Assembly: GCA_030141605.1 (NCBI GenBank)
Contig: JAQGDQ010001078.1
Location: forward strand, 1 to 64,000
Length of the DNA: 64,000 bases
Direction: 5' to 3'
Source: Tubiluchus corallicola
Lineage: Eukaryota; Animalia; Priapulida
The translations under genes were made by a program, and so were the position numbers. Below, piece by piece: positions 12,316-25,035 of the stretch (position 1 is the stretch's first letter; every line of letters begins with the position of its first letter). The notes beneath the pieces were generated by a model. The model had not been told where the DNA came from. It worked only from the letters and a program-made list of their open reading frames with translations, and ran no database searches.

Positions 12316-13352
12316 TTGTCAGCTATGTTAAGCTGATGTACTTCGCTTTTTTATCTGAACACTATAATTTGCTTATGCTCAGGTATACATTCACTCTGGT
12401 AAATGTTATCATGATACAGTATATTACTTTGTTTTCTCAAGTTGTAGTCTTCATGCTTAGCGTAGGTCACTAATCTATTAAGCACCTCTGAATTTACTTG
12501 AACCTGTTTATCTGTGTTTATATATTTTTCACCCGTATTAATTTACATCACCTAAAGTTGTGGGTTGCTAAAGGTATAGGGTTGCTATCATTTGTTAATG
12601 GCTACTATCGTTTATTTATAGTGTTAGGCTTTGCATGTTCAATTCACTGTATATATGTACGTTATTCCACTCTGCTTACCTTAGCTATATACATGTTGAA
12701 ATGTGGAATAATTAGTTATTGACGTTTCTTGCTACGTGACTCTCAGCAGTTCGTAATTTAGGTTTTCATATTAAGTACGCTTCCTTCTCACTGTATGGCG
12801 CCACCTTGCTCAGACCTTATTAGGGTTCAATTTATTCGCTATGTTTCTTTTGCTTAAGTGACGCCAGTTTCGCGCTGTTATAGCTGCTTAATGTCATCAG
12901 GTCGACTAATATACGGCTCACATTCATTTGCGCAAACATTTTTTTATTATATAATTTTAATCATTCATTCAGTGTATAATAAGCTTACACAATTCTTTCA
13001 TACCGTAGACGTAAAGTGTAAGCTTACGTATATTTGAGGTCTTTGTTTGTGTCCAACCTGGCTAGTCATATCAACGTTGAACATACTGTGTTGACTCAAA
13101 TTCTTACATGATAACTACAGCAATTCTTTCCTCTTTTCAACCCATTTCTCCTGATTGGACAGCCCCAATTATGATTTACATGCTTGCTTTTTTAATTTGG
13201 TATTTTGTATTTTCACCATATTTATGTATTAGTTTGTTATGACAAATTGAACAAAACAAAACTAAATTAAACTCACACATAATTTATTTAAATGAAAAAC
13301 AATAATGGTAGGTTTTATGAAAACAAAAACATCACTCTATACCTATAGGCTT

Positions 13353-16300
13353 TTACAGAAAGTATCTTAACAATATTGTTTGCTTACGACGAATGCGTTG
13401 AATTTTAGATTTCATCGCATTCAGTCTATGTATTACATATTTCATGAAATCAGTCAATAATTCAACTTGTGATTCAGTGAGTGGTGTAGCTAAGCACATT
13501 TCCGGATCAGACCCAAAGTTGGGGCAACTGCTTGGATTCACGATGTTCACAGATCCAACTGCTGTGAATTCTTCTCTTCTCCAACTTAATAAGTCGCCAT
13601 TGATGTTGTAGCAAGTTTCATACATTGACTCTGAAAATCAGAAAACAAGTTTTTATCATTGATAACACTAAGTTTTTTAATAATCAGTATCTTAGATACT
13701 ACACGGATGCTAAAGTTCAGTTTTTATTGTTGCGAGTATTAAAGGGGGAATATCATGAAAATCAAACTTTTTGCATCTCACAGGAGACGCAATGGAGCTG
13801 TAGTCACGCCTCTCCCGGTGAAAAAATTAAACTAGCGCAGCTTTGCTGATGTACACGCAGCCTGTTGTGATACTGTCGTACACAACTGGGCTGGGTAGAG
13901 ATGTTGCTCATTGGAAACTAATTTTATATTTTATATTCTCCACTTTAGCATTTTGCCAAGTTTCACCTGTAATCCTGCAATTTCGCCACCAGAGGCGCAG
14001 ATGCAGATACATGCTCAATGTCGGCCTAATCAAATGCTCGTCTTGTGTATTCCCCCTTTAACAGTTTTAACTTAATATTGGCTACTAACCTTTAGTATAA
14101 TGCTAACATAAAGGACCACTTACGAATTTCAGTTGCACTCAGCGTTTGTTGTACTGAGAAGGTCACGTCTGTCAGACAACCAACGAAATAGTGATTAGGA
14201 TCAATCGAGGAGTCTGACAGTTGATTTTGTCCAGAAATTAGGCAACCACCAGATTGAACTGCCGTTCCATCACTCAGCCCAGTTCCTGAACCTGAAATGA
14301 ATTATCTAGATCATGCAAGTGTCAAGGTAATACAGTTTAAGGCTATCAAAGCGAGAAATGTTTTCTAAACTGTGACGTCACTCAGACGCAAACAACCTGA
14401 AGTGACGTCACACAAACAAAGTAATCGCAATCGCATGTATTATTAATCATAATATGTTATAATAATCATAACGTCACATTACTCTAAATCTGCCCTACCC
14501 TTTGCCATTTGTCCCTTTATCAAAAATATGTTTTTTTATTCGTAGAAAGCAGACATTTCTTGAATAGGTTTACTCACCAGCTAAAGCGCCATCAACATAA
14601 ATAGCTAAGTGTCCTCCACTGGATTGCCAAGTTGCGCAAAGAAAGTGCCACTCTGAATCTCTGATTGATTGAGTTCTGCGATTTAAAATATGAGAAGTTA
14701 TTTACACCAAGCAATTTAAACATTTTTTAGAAAAGAACAAAGTAAAAGCAAAACAAATTTGCCTGAATGTATGTCACTGTGTAATCTCAAGTGCAGGATA
14801 GTTTTATAATGCATGAGGTTGCGCGAGACTTTCAGCCATGTAATTGGTCTCTGTATGAACCAGCCCTTAGAAAAACAACAAATGCGAAAACTACAGTTCT
14901 AAGATTAGGGATCTAACCTGCACTGCCAGAAATACTTACAGAGTCACAACTGCGATATCACCATTTACAACCAAAATAAGTTCCACGCCGTCGAAATAGA
15001 ATAAAATGTCGGCTCCAAAATTCGCTGGAACTTCGTAGGAAAACAAACTCATTACGCTTGGCACTTCAGGAGCATTTGCTGGCTCTGCTTTCACCCACTA
15101 AAATGAAAATGTTCCCATTAATTGCAGTATGACGCCAACGATGACAGTGATAAATATAATGGGACAAGCTTACTACAACCACTACCACTGGTACTAGCAC
15201 TACCACCACCCCTAACACGACCACCACCACTAGCACGACCACGACCACCACCCCTAACACGACCACCACCACTTACACAACCACTACCACTACCACTACC
15301 ACCACCACTTACACAACCACTACCACTAGCACTACCACTACCACCACCACTTACACGACCACTACCACTAGCACTACCACTACCACCACCACTTACACAA
15401 CCACTACCACGACCACTACCACTAGCACTACCACTACCACCACCCCTAACACGACCACGACCACTACCACCACCCCTAACACGACCACGACCACCACCAC
15501 TAGCACTACCACTACCACTACCACCACCACTTACACGACCACTACCACTAGCACTACCACTAGCACTACCACTACCACCACCACTAGCACTACCACTACC
15601 ACCACCCCTAACACGACCACGACCACCACCACTAGCACTACCACCACCCCTAACACGACCACCACCACTAACACTACCACTACCAGTAGAAGTTCTACTA
15701 CACTAATGCTGCTCATAAATTTTAATAATTTATACCTGACAGTTCGTAAATTGTTCAATATCAGCACTAGGTGAAACGTTCCATTTCAGATGATCTGTGT
15801 GAGGTCCTTCACCAAATACAGCCATGAATCCATTAAGACTGTCGCATTCAACAAACTCAGCTAGATCAATAAAACATTTATTAGTCTATTTGGCAGGTTT
15901 AGTCAGTGATTCAATTAGTTTTTCAGTGTTTCAGTCAACTGCTACCGCTAGTACTTCTACTGCTGCTACTGCTACTACTGCTACTACTCCTGCTGCTACT
16001 GCTGTTGCTGCCACTACTACTCCTGCTGCTACTGGCATGTTGAGGCATGTTAAGCGCAACGCCATATTTCTCTGTTCCACTCCTAATTTAATGTCTGAAA
16101 ATTAGTTATAATTTGCAGTTTAAACAGTACCGCCACTGAAAAAAGAGGTCAAAATACCTTCAGTTAGTGTTCCAATAGCATCTTTGTCCAGCTTATGTGG
16201 TCTGACGTTTGACCGACCAGATTTTCTTTTTCTGCCATAGCCGCTTTGACCTAGAGGATTTGTTAAAATAGACAATATTTAGTCAAGACAGTCAGACGCC

Positions 16301-16978
16301 ATAGCTATTCAGTGTGGACCTGCAAAGACCATTGAGTAAGAGTTGTATGACAGTACCTTAATACATGGAAAAGAACAAGAAAAACGGCACCGGAAGTAGG
16401 TTTCAGAAAAATCGCCTTAGAAAAATTATATTACTTTACAGCATTTTTATGCGTATATCTTACTCGCACTGACAGGAATTTTAGTTTATTTTCATTTTAA
16501 ATCTCATTTTAAATTTTAAATAAAAATACAAATTACCTGGTGGATATGAATTTGACGTAGGAAATCTGCTTGGATACCGCTGAGGTTGCCGTCCAGCATG
16601 TCCTTGGTTGAAATGATATTGACAGTCTACGAAACCCACGTAAAACAGGTACAACGTCTAAAACACAAATCAATGTTGCATTATTTATGATTAGAAATTA
16701 GCGACATTAATGGTCACAGCAAAACAAAACCTTTGTATTGAGAAACATGTGAGCCTGCAGCTGTGCAAGTAAAAGCTAAGCCTATATTAGACTACATTAA
16801 TATCTCACAATATTTAAAACAGCTAATAATTGAATCATACGTTAAAAAGACATTATATCATATGCAACGACGAATACTTTTAAAACTTATTTTGTTTTAC
16901 AAGAAAAATCAGATTTTATTTTAAAGAATTGCTTACATATAAAAGCGCCAAACTTACCAGAAAATGATGGATCAACAT
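13353..16978 (-). CDS. Secreted pentraxin-domain protein, 8 exons, about 353 aa
   Basis: Exons (minus): 16978-16958, 16657-16537, 16250-16158, 15860-15736, 15097-14940, 14675-14578, 14291-14124, 13630-13353. All introns are GT-AG, phases agree, and the 1062 nt are open. Signal peptide MLIHHFLTLYLFYVGFVDC. Pentraxin motifs: FTNCQWVK...SLFSY, WHFLCATWQS, IYVDG, GGCLISGQNQ, LSATEI, C....GDLLSW. Confidence 0.85.
13743..14057. mobile_element. TTAA-flanked MITE in the last pentraxin intron
   Basis: TTAA on both sides. TIRs are agggggaatatcatga and tcttgtgtattccccct. Confidence 0.8.
15171..15700. repeat. Compound (ACC/ACT/ACG) trinucleotide repeat, intronic
   Basis: Direct inspection. A second (ACT/GCT) tract lies at about 15937-16033. 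Confidence 0.95.
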
Positions 16979-17035
16979 AGTGTAGTTTCTGTGACAGAGA
17001 ACAACTCCAGTTGCTATCAGGTTTATTTTCAGTTT

Positions 17036-17045
17036 CTTTTATATA
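17036..17045 (-). promoter_or_regulatory. Putative TATA box of the pentraxin gene
   Basis: TATATAAAAG on the minus strand about 60 nt upstream of the ATG at 16978. Confidence 0.55.
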
Positions 17046-17096
17046 CGAATTTCCGTTACGGCCCATTTCGTTAATCAGTGAAGCACTGCTGGTGCC

Positions 17097-17156
17097 CATT
17101 AGTCGTTACTGTGGGACATTAGTCGTTACTGTATGACATTAGTCGTTACTGTAGGA
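17097..17156. repeat. 20-bp tandem repeat x3
   Basis: cattagtcgttactgtNNga occurs three times. Confidence 0.9.
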
Positions 17157-17629
17157 CTTGTCAATTGTTTTGCTTCACCACTGAACAATTTTAAACTTAA
17201 TTGTTGCCGGCAAAGCACTTTGCTTGTAATATATGTGGATTTACCACTTACTTTAGTGGTTCTTGCTTACAATTTGGAAGTACATTATATGAGCATGTCG
17301 ATAATTATAGCACTTATTCTAAGAGAAGTCTACAATCGATAACCAACTACACCACTCAAAGAAAGCCTTCATTATTATCGATACGTATCCGCCATTACTT
17401 ACAAATTCATAATCATTTTGTTTTAATGATAATGGTACTACAGGGAAAATAATCCAAATGTTGTGCAATTGCATTATGTAGAAATTTATAATAACTCTGC
17501 TTTACGGAAAGCTGCTGATATTGTTAGTTGGTATTCATGTTTTACATAAAGTGATAAATTATTAGAAAAACCCTCTACCCTGTACAATTACAATGGAAAT
17601 AAGCTATTTAATGCTAATAACTCGTAAAC

Positions 17630-17840
17630 CTGGTAGTTACTGAAATAGAGAGGCTCATCACCATCACCATGACCACCATTGACAAGCACCTCCTGCAGAA
17701 GTTGTCACCATTTTGTTGTCATCAATTGCAGTTATTTCAGCCAGATATTTCTCACACATGTATCCTCTTTGCTCGTCTTCTTGACTTTTACTCCGTTACA
17801 CGATGGATTCTTTTGATTGCAGTGCATTGCACATTGCACA
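17630..17840 (-). pseudogene. PAN/apple-domain-like pseudo-exon
   Basis: Bounded by ttacag| and |gtttac. Reads VQCAMHCNQKNPSCNGVK, then after a frameshift QEDEQRGYMCEKYLAEITAIDDNKMVTTSAGGACQWWSW*. The CxxxC.....C....C spacing fits PAN domains. Confidence 0.5.
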
Positions 17841-18874
17841 CTGTAAGCATAAATGACACGTAAATAATTGTGAGTGTCAAAGAAGATTTGAGCTTTTATT
17901 AGAACTAACACCCTGTTTGTAACTAATCAAGAAAAACAATTTTCACTGCAAAACCACCACTGCCATTATGTACCTAGCCTATGCATACCTTTTATTTTAA
18001 TATTGGAAGAGCCTACAGTATAGAAAATTATGCACTAATTACGTAAAATATAATAAAACGTATAATGTATAATTAAGCCAACGTAATGAATAAACAGATA
18101 TGTATTTTAGAAACAGATACAGTAACAGATAGCTAAGTGTTTGAAAATAAAGATAATGGAATTGAACTGCTTTGCACATTACGAGAAGGCTTATTTGGGT
18201 GTATAGATAGATTTTATACATTAAAATTATTATACTAAAAGTTCTGTTGTTTTAATAATAAATTAATAAGAACTTGTAATAAATAAACTGCAGTGTTTTG
18301 TTTACTTGCACTATGTGCTGTAATTACGTGTAACTATAATTCTCGTATTATTTTATATTGGCTCAGGAAATAGAAGAAAATAGTTTAACAAACATAATCG
18401 ACCGTAACATTTAACGTTAAACCCCAGAAATAAACCAAAAAAACCATAAATTTGATAACGGTAAGCGAGTCAACAATGGTAAACTAGCACATCACTGGTT
18501 TCTGTAACTAAAATTTTTAGTTTTAAGCATCATGAGAAAAATGAAAACGGCAGTCAATCAGACTCTCAGGTTACTACTAAATAAAATTGATTAGTAAATT
18601 ATACAATTTAAAGCAAATCTTAAGCTGTAGGTCAAAACAATCTACTCTTTAAAATATTGAAAGGAAACATACTATGTTTTCAAAGATGACTTATGTGAAA
18701 CAATTATTATCACACAAACACAACGCCACTAGTGTTTCGCTCCTACATGCATTTCGCTATTCGCTAGTTAGACGGGCGCTATTGTCTGCATTTCGAAAAC
18801 GTTTTGCACAAAAAACAGGTGCTGTACCTCTCAGTTCAGATGTGTTAGTTTGTGACGAACTACACACGTTCGAG

Positions 18875-18963
18875 CAACAGCAGTAACACCAACAAAAACA
18901 ACTACAGCAACAACAACAAAAAACAACTACAACAACAACAGCAGCGACAAGAACAACAACAGC
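18875..18963. repeat. (CAA/CAG) microsatellite
   Basis: Direct inspection. Confidence 0.9.
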
Positions 18964-19189
18964 AATATGCTTCTTTCAAAAGATTCCATTCACATACAAC
19001 GATATCAAGTTTAAAAGAAGAGAGGACGAGTTTCAGATACTACGCCATCTTCAAGACATTTTATCACCAGATATACTAGAAAAGCTTTTCTGATATATAT
19101 CAGCTTTTCTGATTTATCACCAGATATACTAGAAAAGCTTTACTGGTGATACATTTTATCACCAGTAATACTAGAAAAGCTTTTCTGAT

Positions 19190-20390
19190 AATTAAATATT
19201 AGATTAAAATCTTTATTAACAGCGGCCGAGCCAAACTATTGATTACGTCACAAACGAACACAATTTTCATGCAAACAGCAAAAATATTCCATGAGTGTGT
19301 TGCACATGTTTTCTAAAGCGAAAATTGAAGTACAGCGCTAGTGTAAGATATTCTGTGTGTTATACTAAAACTAGGTAAGTTTTAAGATAAAAATTCTATG
19401 TGCTCACGCATGAGCTGTCAAACGTGTGCAGTACGTCACAAACGAATACCACTGAACTGAGAGGTACAGAATCTGTTTTTTTATGCAAAACGTTTCAGAG
19501 GCAAAGGCGCTAGCGCCAGTCTAACTAGCGAATGGCGAAATGCAAGTAACAGCGAAGAACTAGTGACGCGGACGCGAAATTGTGTTTGTCTGGTAATACC
19601 GCGTGTGGCTTCACGTAAGTCACTTTTGAACAAAATGGCTTGTTTTCTTTCAATATTTTAAAGAGTAAATCAGTGGTGTGCAACAGCATCTGACTAGCCG
19701 GGTCACATTAAACTTTCCCGCAATTCCTGCGGGCCACAGGCAGTTTGATCAAGGAGCCAAGTACAGTAGGACCTAATAACGATTTTTTTGCATCCGATTT
19801 GCGCACATTATTACTACTACACTCAAGAAACTATTTTAGAAGTTACTAAAATTTATATTAAAACCATATATTTCTACTTTCAGGACAGATAGTGGTAATT
19901 TTATTACAATGTATAATAGTAATGTGTATCACACAGTCTGTGTAGTACAGTGCATATTAATCTGTTTTGACTCGCTGTTGTTCTTCAATCTTCTTCTTTT
20001 TCTTATCCATGATTCTGATCTATAAGAACACTACATCTGATGAAACAGCCACTGATCCAGGCTTGTACTACTGAGCCCAAGCTGAAACTAAAATCTGGGA
20101 ATCCCCCTATATCAGGGGTGACCACACTTTTTCAGCTTGCTGGTTACTCACAAATTGATCTGCCATGTCGTCTTCTTGCTCATCATTTTTCTACCTGCTG
20201 TGACCAAGAAGACGACTAGGCAGATCAACAGCCTCGATAACAAAAGCCTAGAGATTGGCTGGTTGGTCATATAATTCATCGCCCGGGCCGCACTTTCATT
20301 AGGTTGACAAATCTCTCCGCGCGCCGCACTTTGCACACCCCTGGAGTAGATTGTTTTGACTTACAGTTTAAGATTGGGTCCGGTTTTCCT
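19190..20390 (+). mobile_element. Family B TTAA-type MITE interrupted by a hAT insertion
   Basis: Matches 1090-1332 and about 55000-55330. Ends ccggttttcct|ttaa at 20390. The left end is approximate. Confidence 0.7.
19671..20343. mobile_element. Non-autonomous hAT element with 8-bp TSD
   Basis: TIRs cagtggtgtgcaa and ttgcacacccctg. TSD gagtaaat (19663-19670) / gagtagat (20344-20351). The host element resumes seamlessly after it. Confidence 0.85.
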
Positions 20391-20549
20391 TTAATGTAGG
20401 TAGGTGGAAGGAGACGTGATAACGCCATTATAACTCAACGTAAGTAGGTGATTTAGTTATGATATCATTATCTGGCTTCAGGCTGGCTTCACACGTACGT
20501 GCCGGCAGCAGACGTCGCTTACAAGGGCACACAATTTACTCTGCAGGCT

Positions 20550-21142
20550 GTCATTCCCAAAATTCTCAAACTAATATATCATATAAGGTATGACCATCCC
20601 ACAAGTATAATTTACATGTCTGTTAAAACTCTTAAAGTGAAAGAAATATATGACATGTATCAGTATCATAATTCACTACTTCCACCAGCTTTTCAGTCAT
20701 ACTTTAGTCCAGTTTCAAATCAACATGATCATTTCACAAGGTATTCAGTCGGAAACTATGTAAATCTATACATGTAAAACTATGCATCAAAATATAATGC
20801 TATTAAAATATGGTCATCAATTCCGCGTGAAATGAAAACTCTTAATCTTTATCAATTTAAAAAAGCATCAAAGAATTACCTACTACAACGGTATAATTAA
20901 CTCACAATTTTACTCATCCTGATCTTAAGTTACTAACAAAACTTATTTTGTTCTAATGTACGTTATAACTGATGAAAATGTAATGTTAATTGTCAATTGT
21001 TTCACTTATCTGGAGGAGGACTCGAAAGCTCAATGCTCCTTCCTCCTCCTCACAGTAACTCGCTCGGTTTATATATTTTTTCAATGTTATATCAATTTGT
21101 ATGTTTGTGTTGCTGTGGAATAAATTCATAATTCATAATTCA
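20550..21142 (+). mobile_element. 5'-truncated CR1/L2-type LINE 3' end
   Basis: KILKLIY...MYQYHNSLLPPAFQSYF...HDHFTR...IKIWSSIPREMK...FKKASKNYLL*, then a 3' UTR ending ggaataaattcataattcataattca. The same tail is at about 47610-47700. Confidence 0.8.
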
Positions 21143-22559
21143 ATTTATTTTTGTCAATTTCTCTGTGAAATTCAGAGTTTCTGTGTTTGTTTGTCACAAA
21201 CTTCCTCGATCACTAAAACATAACTTTCCTCCAGATACCTATCAATTGTGAATTTGCAGGCTGCTTATACTTTTATATCGACGTCGGTATCAATATAAGG
21301 GATTTATTTCGTTTGACGGTTTGAATATTATTATTATCATTAACGTTTTTATTAAATTTGATAATTATATTGAGTTATGAACCGTCTATATTGTGCATTT
21401 TGCTGTATCTTAGGAAAGAACGAGTCACTCAGTACGTTGGGTTTATTTTACTGTTCACACTTAAATTTAGAAAAATATAACAAAGAAATTTACAAAGAAC
21501 TGCCTATGAAGCATAAATTTAAATAAACTGCCTCTGAATAGAAATTTCTAGGCGTGGTGGTTACCCTCATTCACTTGAAAATCATAACGTAACTGGGAGA
21601 CTTCGTAACTTTCCGTAAGCGCGTCGTGGCTTTCCGTAAGCGGACGCTGCTTAAACTAATTCAAACTTCTGCAGCTTACTTAGTGTTCACGCAAAAATAT
21701 TACAAAATTAGCTAATTACTTTTTTTGTAAAACATTATTAGACTTTTGATGAAGATTAACACTGCGCTTCTTTTCTTCAAGACGAATGACGTCATTGGAA
21801 GAAGAATGGGCATTGAAAATGGGAGCATTCAAGCATGAAGTGATCGCAACTTCAAAGTGATTTTACTAATTACACGAGGAGCTTATTGCAGTTTAGTTAC
21901 TAAATCCTTCTAACATTTTTTGCAAACATTGAAATACGCCTGACCTCCTAGAAGTGTTGACCTTTCCTTTAACAATAAAGTTGATTTAAACTGTAAACTC
22001 AGAATGTTCGTCTCTTTCTGTACAAGTTGGTTTTGCGATTCTTAAAAGTCAATAATCACTTACAGATCGATGCTTTCCAAAAACGCTTATCCTAGTCGTT
22101 ATGCAGAAAATAAAATTATGACAAAGTAAAAGAAGAAAGACTGACCAGCAAGATGGAAAGCAGAAGGTTTCTTCTCAAGTTACATGACGACTGCCCATCT
22201 TTAAAGCTATCATGAATCAAATTAGCACTAAAAGAAAGCAATGAGAAGTGAATTTACTCAAGGATGGATTTCAGGTAAAAAGATTCAGGCAAATTCAGCA
22301 TCACATCTTTAAATCTATATAATTGTTTTCAGAAAGTAGCTAAAGACCAGATAGTATATGTTTACTGCAGGTTAAACACAAAACATATCTGTATTGATAT
22401 ATATAATATTAGGTTTTCATGTTGTTTAACGTACGCGACATTAAAGGAAACGTCAAGCCTTCTAGGAGGTTAGGCTTATTTCAATGTTAGAAGGGTTTAG
22501 TAATAAAACTTCAATAAGCGCTAAGGGTAATTAGTAAAATCACTTTAGAGAAAACCCTA

Positions 22560-23203
22560 GCATAAAGAAAACTTTCCACTTACATAAAGCTTAAAAAGTT
22601 CGTTTTAAAATTTTATATTACTCGCTGTTTTTTGCATATTAGACTTGCGTCGGCAGTAACGCTGTGTAAGATCTGTAAATTTAAACTCCCGCGATGACCG
22701 TTTGACACAGCCATTTTGACGATGAATCATTTGAAAGAAGTTTTGATAACATTGTGTAAAGTTTGAAAAAAATAATCAGAGCATTCGTAGCGCACAAGTC
22801 ATTAACAAAATAAAATTTTAAATTACTGTATTTTGTCAATAAAATTAAAAATACGTTTTTGGTTAGCGAGTGGTGCACCCTGGAGGGTGAATCAGCTACA
22901 TTTTACCAATTGGTAAAAGCATTTTAATAATTAATATTTTTTCTTTCTACTTACATAAGTCTTTCTAGCAGGTAAGCGTAATATAACTTTGCATGGAAAG
23001 TTTTTGGAGCAGTTTAACATTTCCTTTTCTTCCCCTGATTTACGTTGTGCGTATATGACGTCATTTAATGGGGAGGATCGCGAGAAATTTAAAATGAAAA
23101 CAAACAAAAAATCCTTTCAACGCGAGTGCAATATACGCATAAAATTGCTATAAAGTCATATGATTTTCCTGAAACCTACTTTAGGCACCCCCTTTTCTTA
23201 TCC
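22560..23203 (-). mobile_element. MITE family C copy (TTAA/AGG end)
   Basis: Reverse-complement match along its whole length to 24365-25035. Partial copies at about 16370-16500 and 30980-31390. Confidence 0.8.
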
Positions 23204-23488
23204 TTTAAACGATAAACATACAAACAAGAGTGAAGGAAGAAACAAAATTATCCTTTCTTACCTTCAATGAGTTTGCTCCAAAAGTCTCGATGGTGAAAAA
23301 TCGAAATTCAGAAAAATCACGTTTTCTTATATACAACACCAATGACCTTAACGTTTCATGTATGCATACGTTGCATTTTAAATTTGTTAAGAACACCGCC
23401 AATTAATAAGTAAATAAATTACGACGCTGTAACTGGGAGTAAACAGGAACAGGAAAAACTTTTCCAAATTTATACCTTACGGCTGCTA

Positions 23489-23550
23489 TGGTCACCTTGG
23501 TAACAGTCACCTTGGCAACAGTCACCTTGGCAACAGTCACCTTGGCAACA
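23489..23550. repeat. 15-bp tandem repeat x4
   Basis: gtcaccttggcaaca repeated. Confidence 0.9.
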
Positions 23551-24364
23551 TTTCAAATATTAACAACCGTTATAGCAAATACAATTGGCAGAAGCAAATA
23601 TCTCTAACTTTTGTAAAAATATTAATGATAAATTAATCATAATAGTTATCAATCAAAGCAATTAGATATTCGTTTGTGCTGGTTGTATTATGTGATAGTT
23701 TTAGTGATATGTAAGTTTATAAGTTTTTTCCACTCTGCATCTAACAGTTATAATAAAAATACAGATAATTTCACTGAAGTAAATATAAATATAAATGCAA
23801 TATGATCCAGAAATTACAAAAGAGATTCCTATGCAGCATATGCATTTGCAAATTACATTACAGAGTAATTTTGATGCATACAGTCTGAGGCTAAAAGCAT
23901 AGCTTGGCAGGCCAAACTGTACGTGAAAATCTTAAAGAAGTGATTAATAATTGAAATAATAATAATATATACATAAAAGTGGGGGGGGGGGGGGGGTAGT
24001 GAATGAAAGATGAAATGGAGCGAGAACTAAGAAAAACTGTGATCATGATTATAAAGTGTTCAGTAACCTGTTGAGCATAGTCACGTTTTATTAAGATTAC
24101 TGTGGAAAAAGAATGCAGGTGATTACCATTATCAAACTGTGTTACTCTCAATATGTTACAATTCATTAGGTGTCCAGACTTAAACAGTTTGTGGACGTGA
24201 TACCGTTACAAATCAATAACAACGTATTAAATTCGGAGACCCGCAAGGCAGGTCTAGAACTTGTACATAAAACAGCAAACTAACTGTAAAACGTTTAACA
24301 AACAATTCAGTTTAATAATATTAAAAATGTTAAAATGTAGCATCCCTTATTTAATGTAGATTAA

Positions 24365-25035
24365 AGGACAAGACAACGGGTACCTGAACTAGGTTTCAGA
24401 AAAATTGCCTTAAAAAATTATATTACTTTACAGCAATTTTATGCCTATATCGTATTCGCGTTGAAAGGATTTTTTGTTGCTTTCATTTAAAAATTTTTTT
24501 AACGCAGTGTTTTCCGACTGCGCCATTACATGACGTCATACACGCACAACGTAAATCAGGGGAAGCTGAAATGTTAAACTATGTCCCCAAAAATTTTCAT
24601 GCAAAGTTACGTTACTTAGCATTTCAATTACATGCTGGAAAGATTTAGATAACTAGAAAAATTAATTATTTAAAATGTTTTCACCGATTCGTAAAATGTC
24701 GCTGACTCACTCTCCAGGGTGCGCCACTCACTAACCAAAAAACGTATTTTTAATCTTATTGACAAGATACAGTAATTTAAAATTTTACTTAATGACCTGT
24801 GCACTACGAATGCTCTGATTATTTTTTCAAACTTTACTTAGTGTTACCTAAATTTGTCAAAACCTTATTATCAAAATGGCTGCGTCTTATGGTCATCGCG
24901 GGAGTTTAAATTTACATGCTTTATACAGCGTTACTGCCGACGCATGCCTTATATGCAAAAAGGCAGTATGTAAGTGGTATAAAATTTCAAGACAAATTTT
25001 TTAAGCTCTATATAAGTAGAGAGTTTTCTTGTGCT
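24365..25035 (+). mobile_element. MITE family C copy
   Basis: Starts ttaa|aggacaagac and ends cttgtgct|ttaa. It is an inverted copy of 22560-23203. Confidence 0.8.

Noticed and set aside
15174-15702. 176-codon Gly/Ser/Arg-rich minus-strand frame ending at a good gtaagc donor
   Set aside because: It would need a 33-nt upstream intron and would shift the frame in the middle of the pentraxin domain. An intronic microsatellite is the better explanation.
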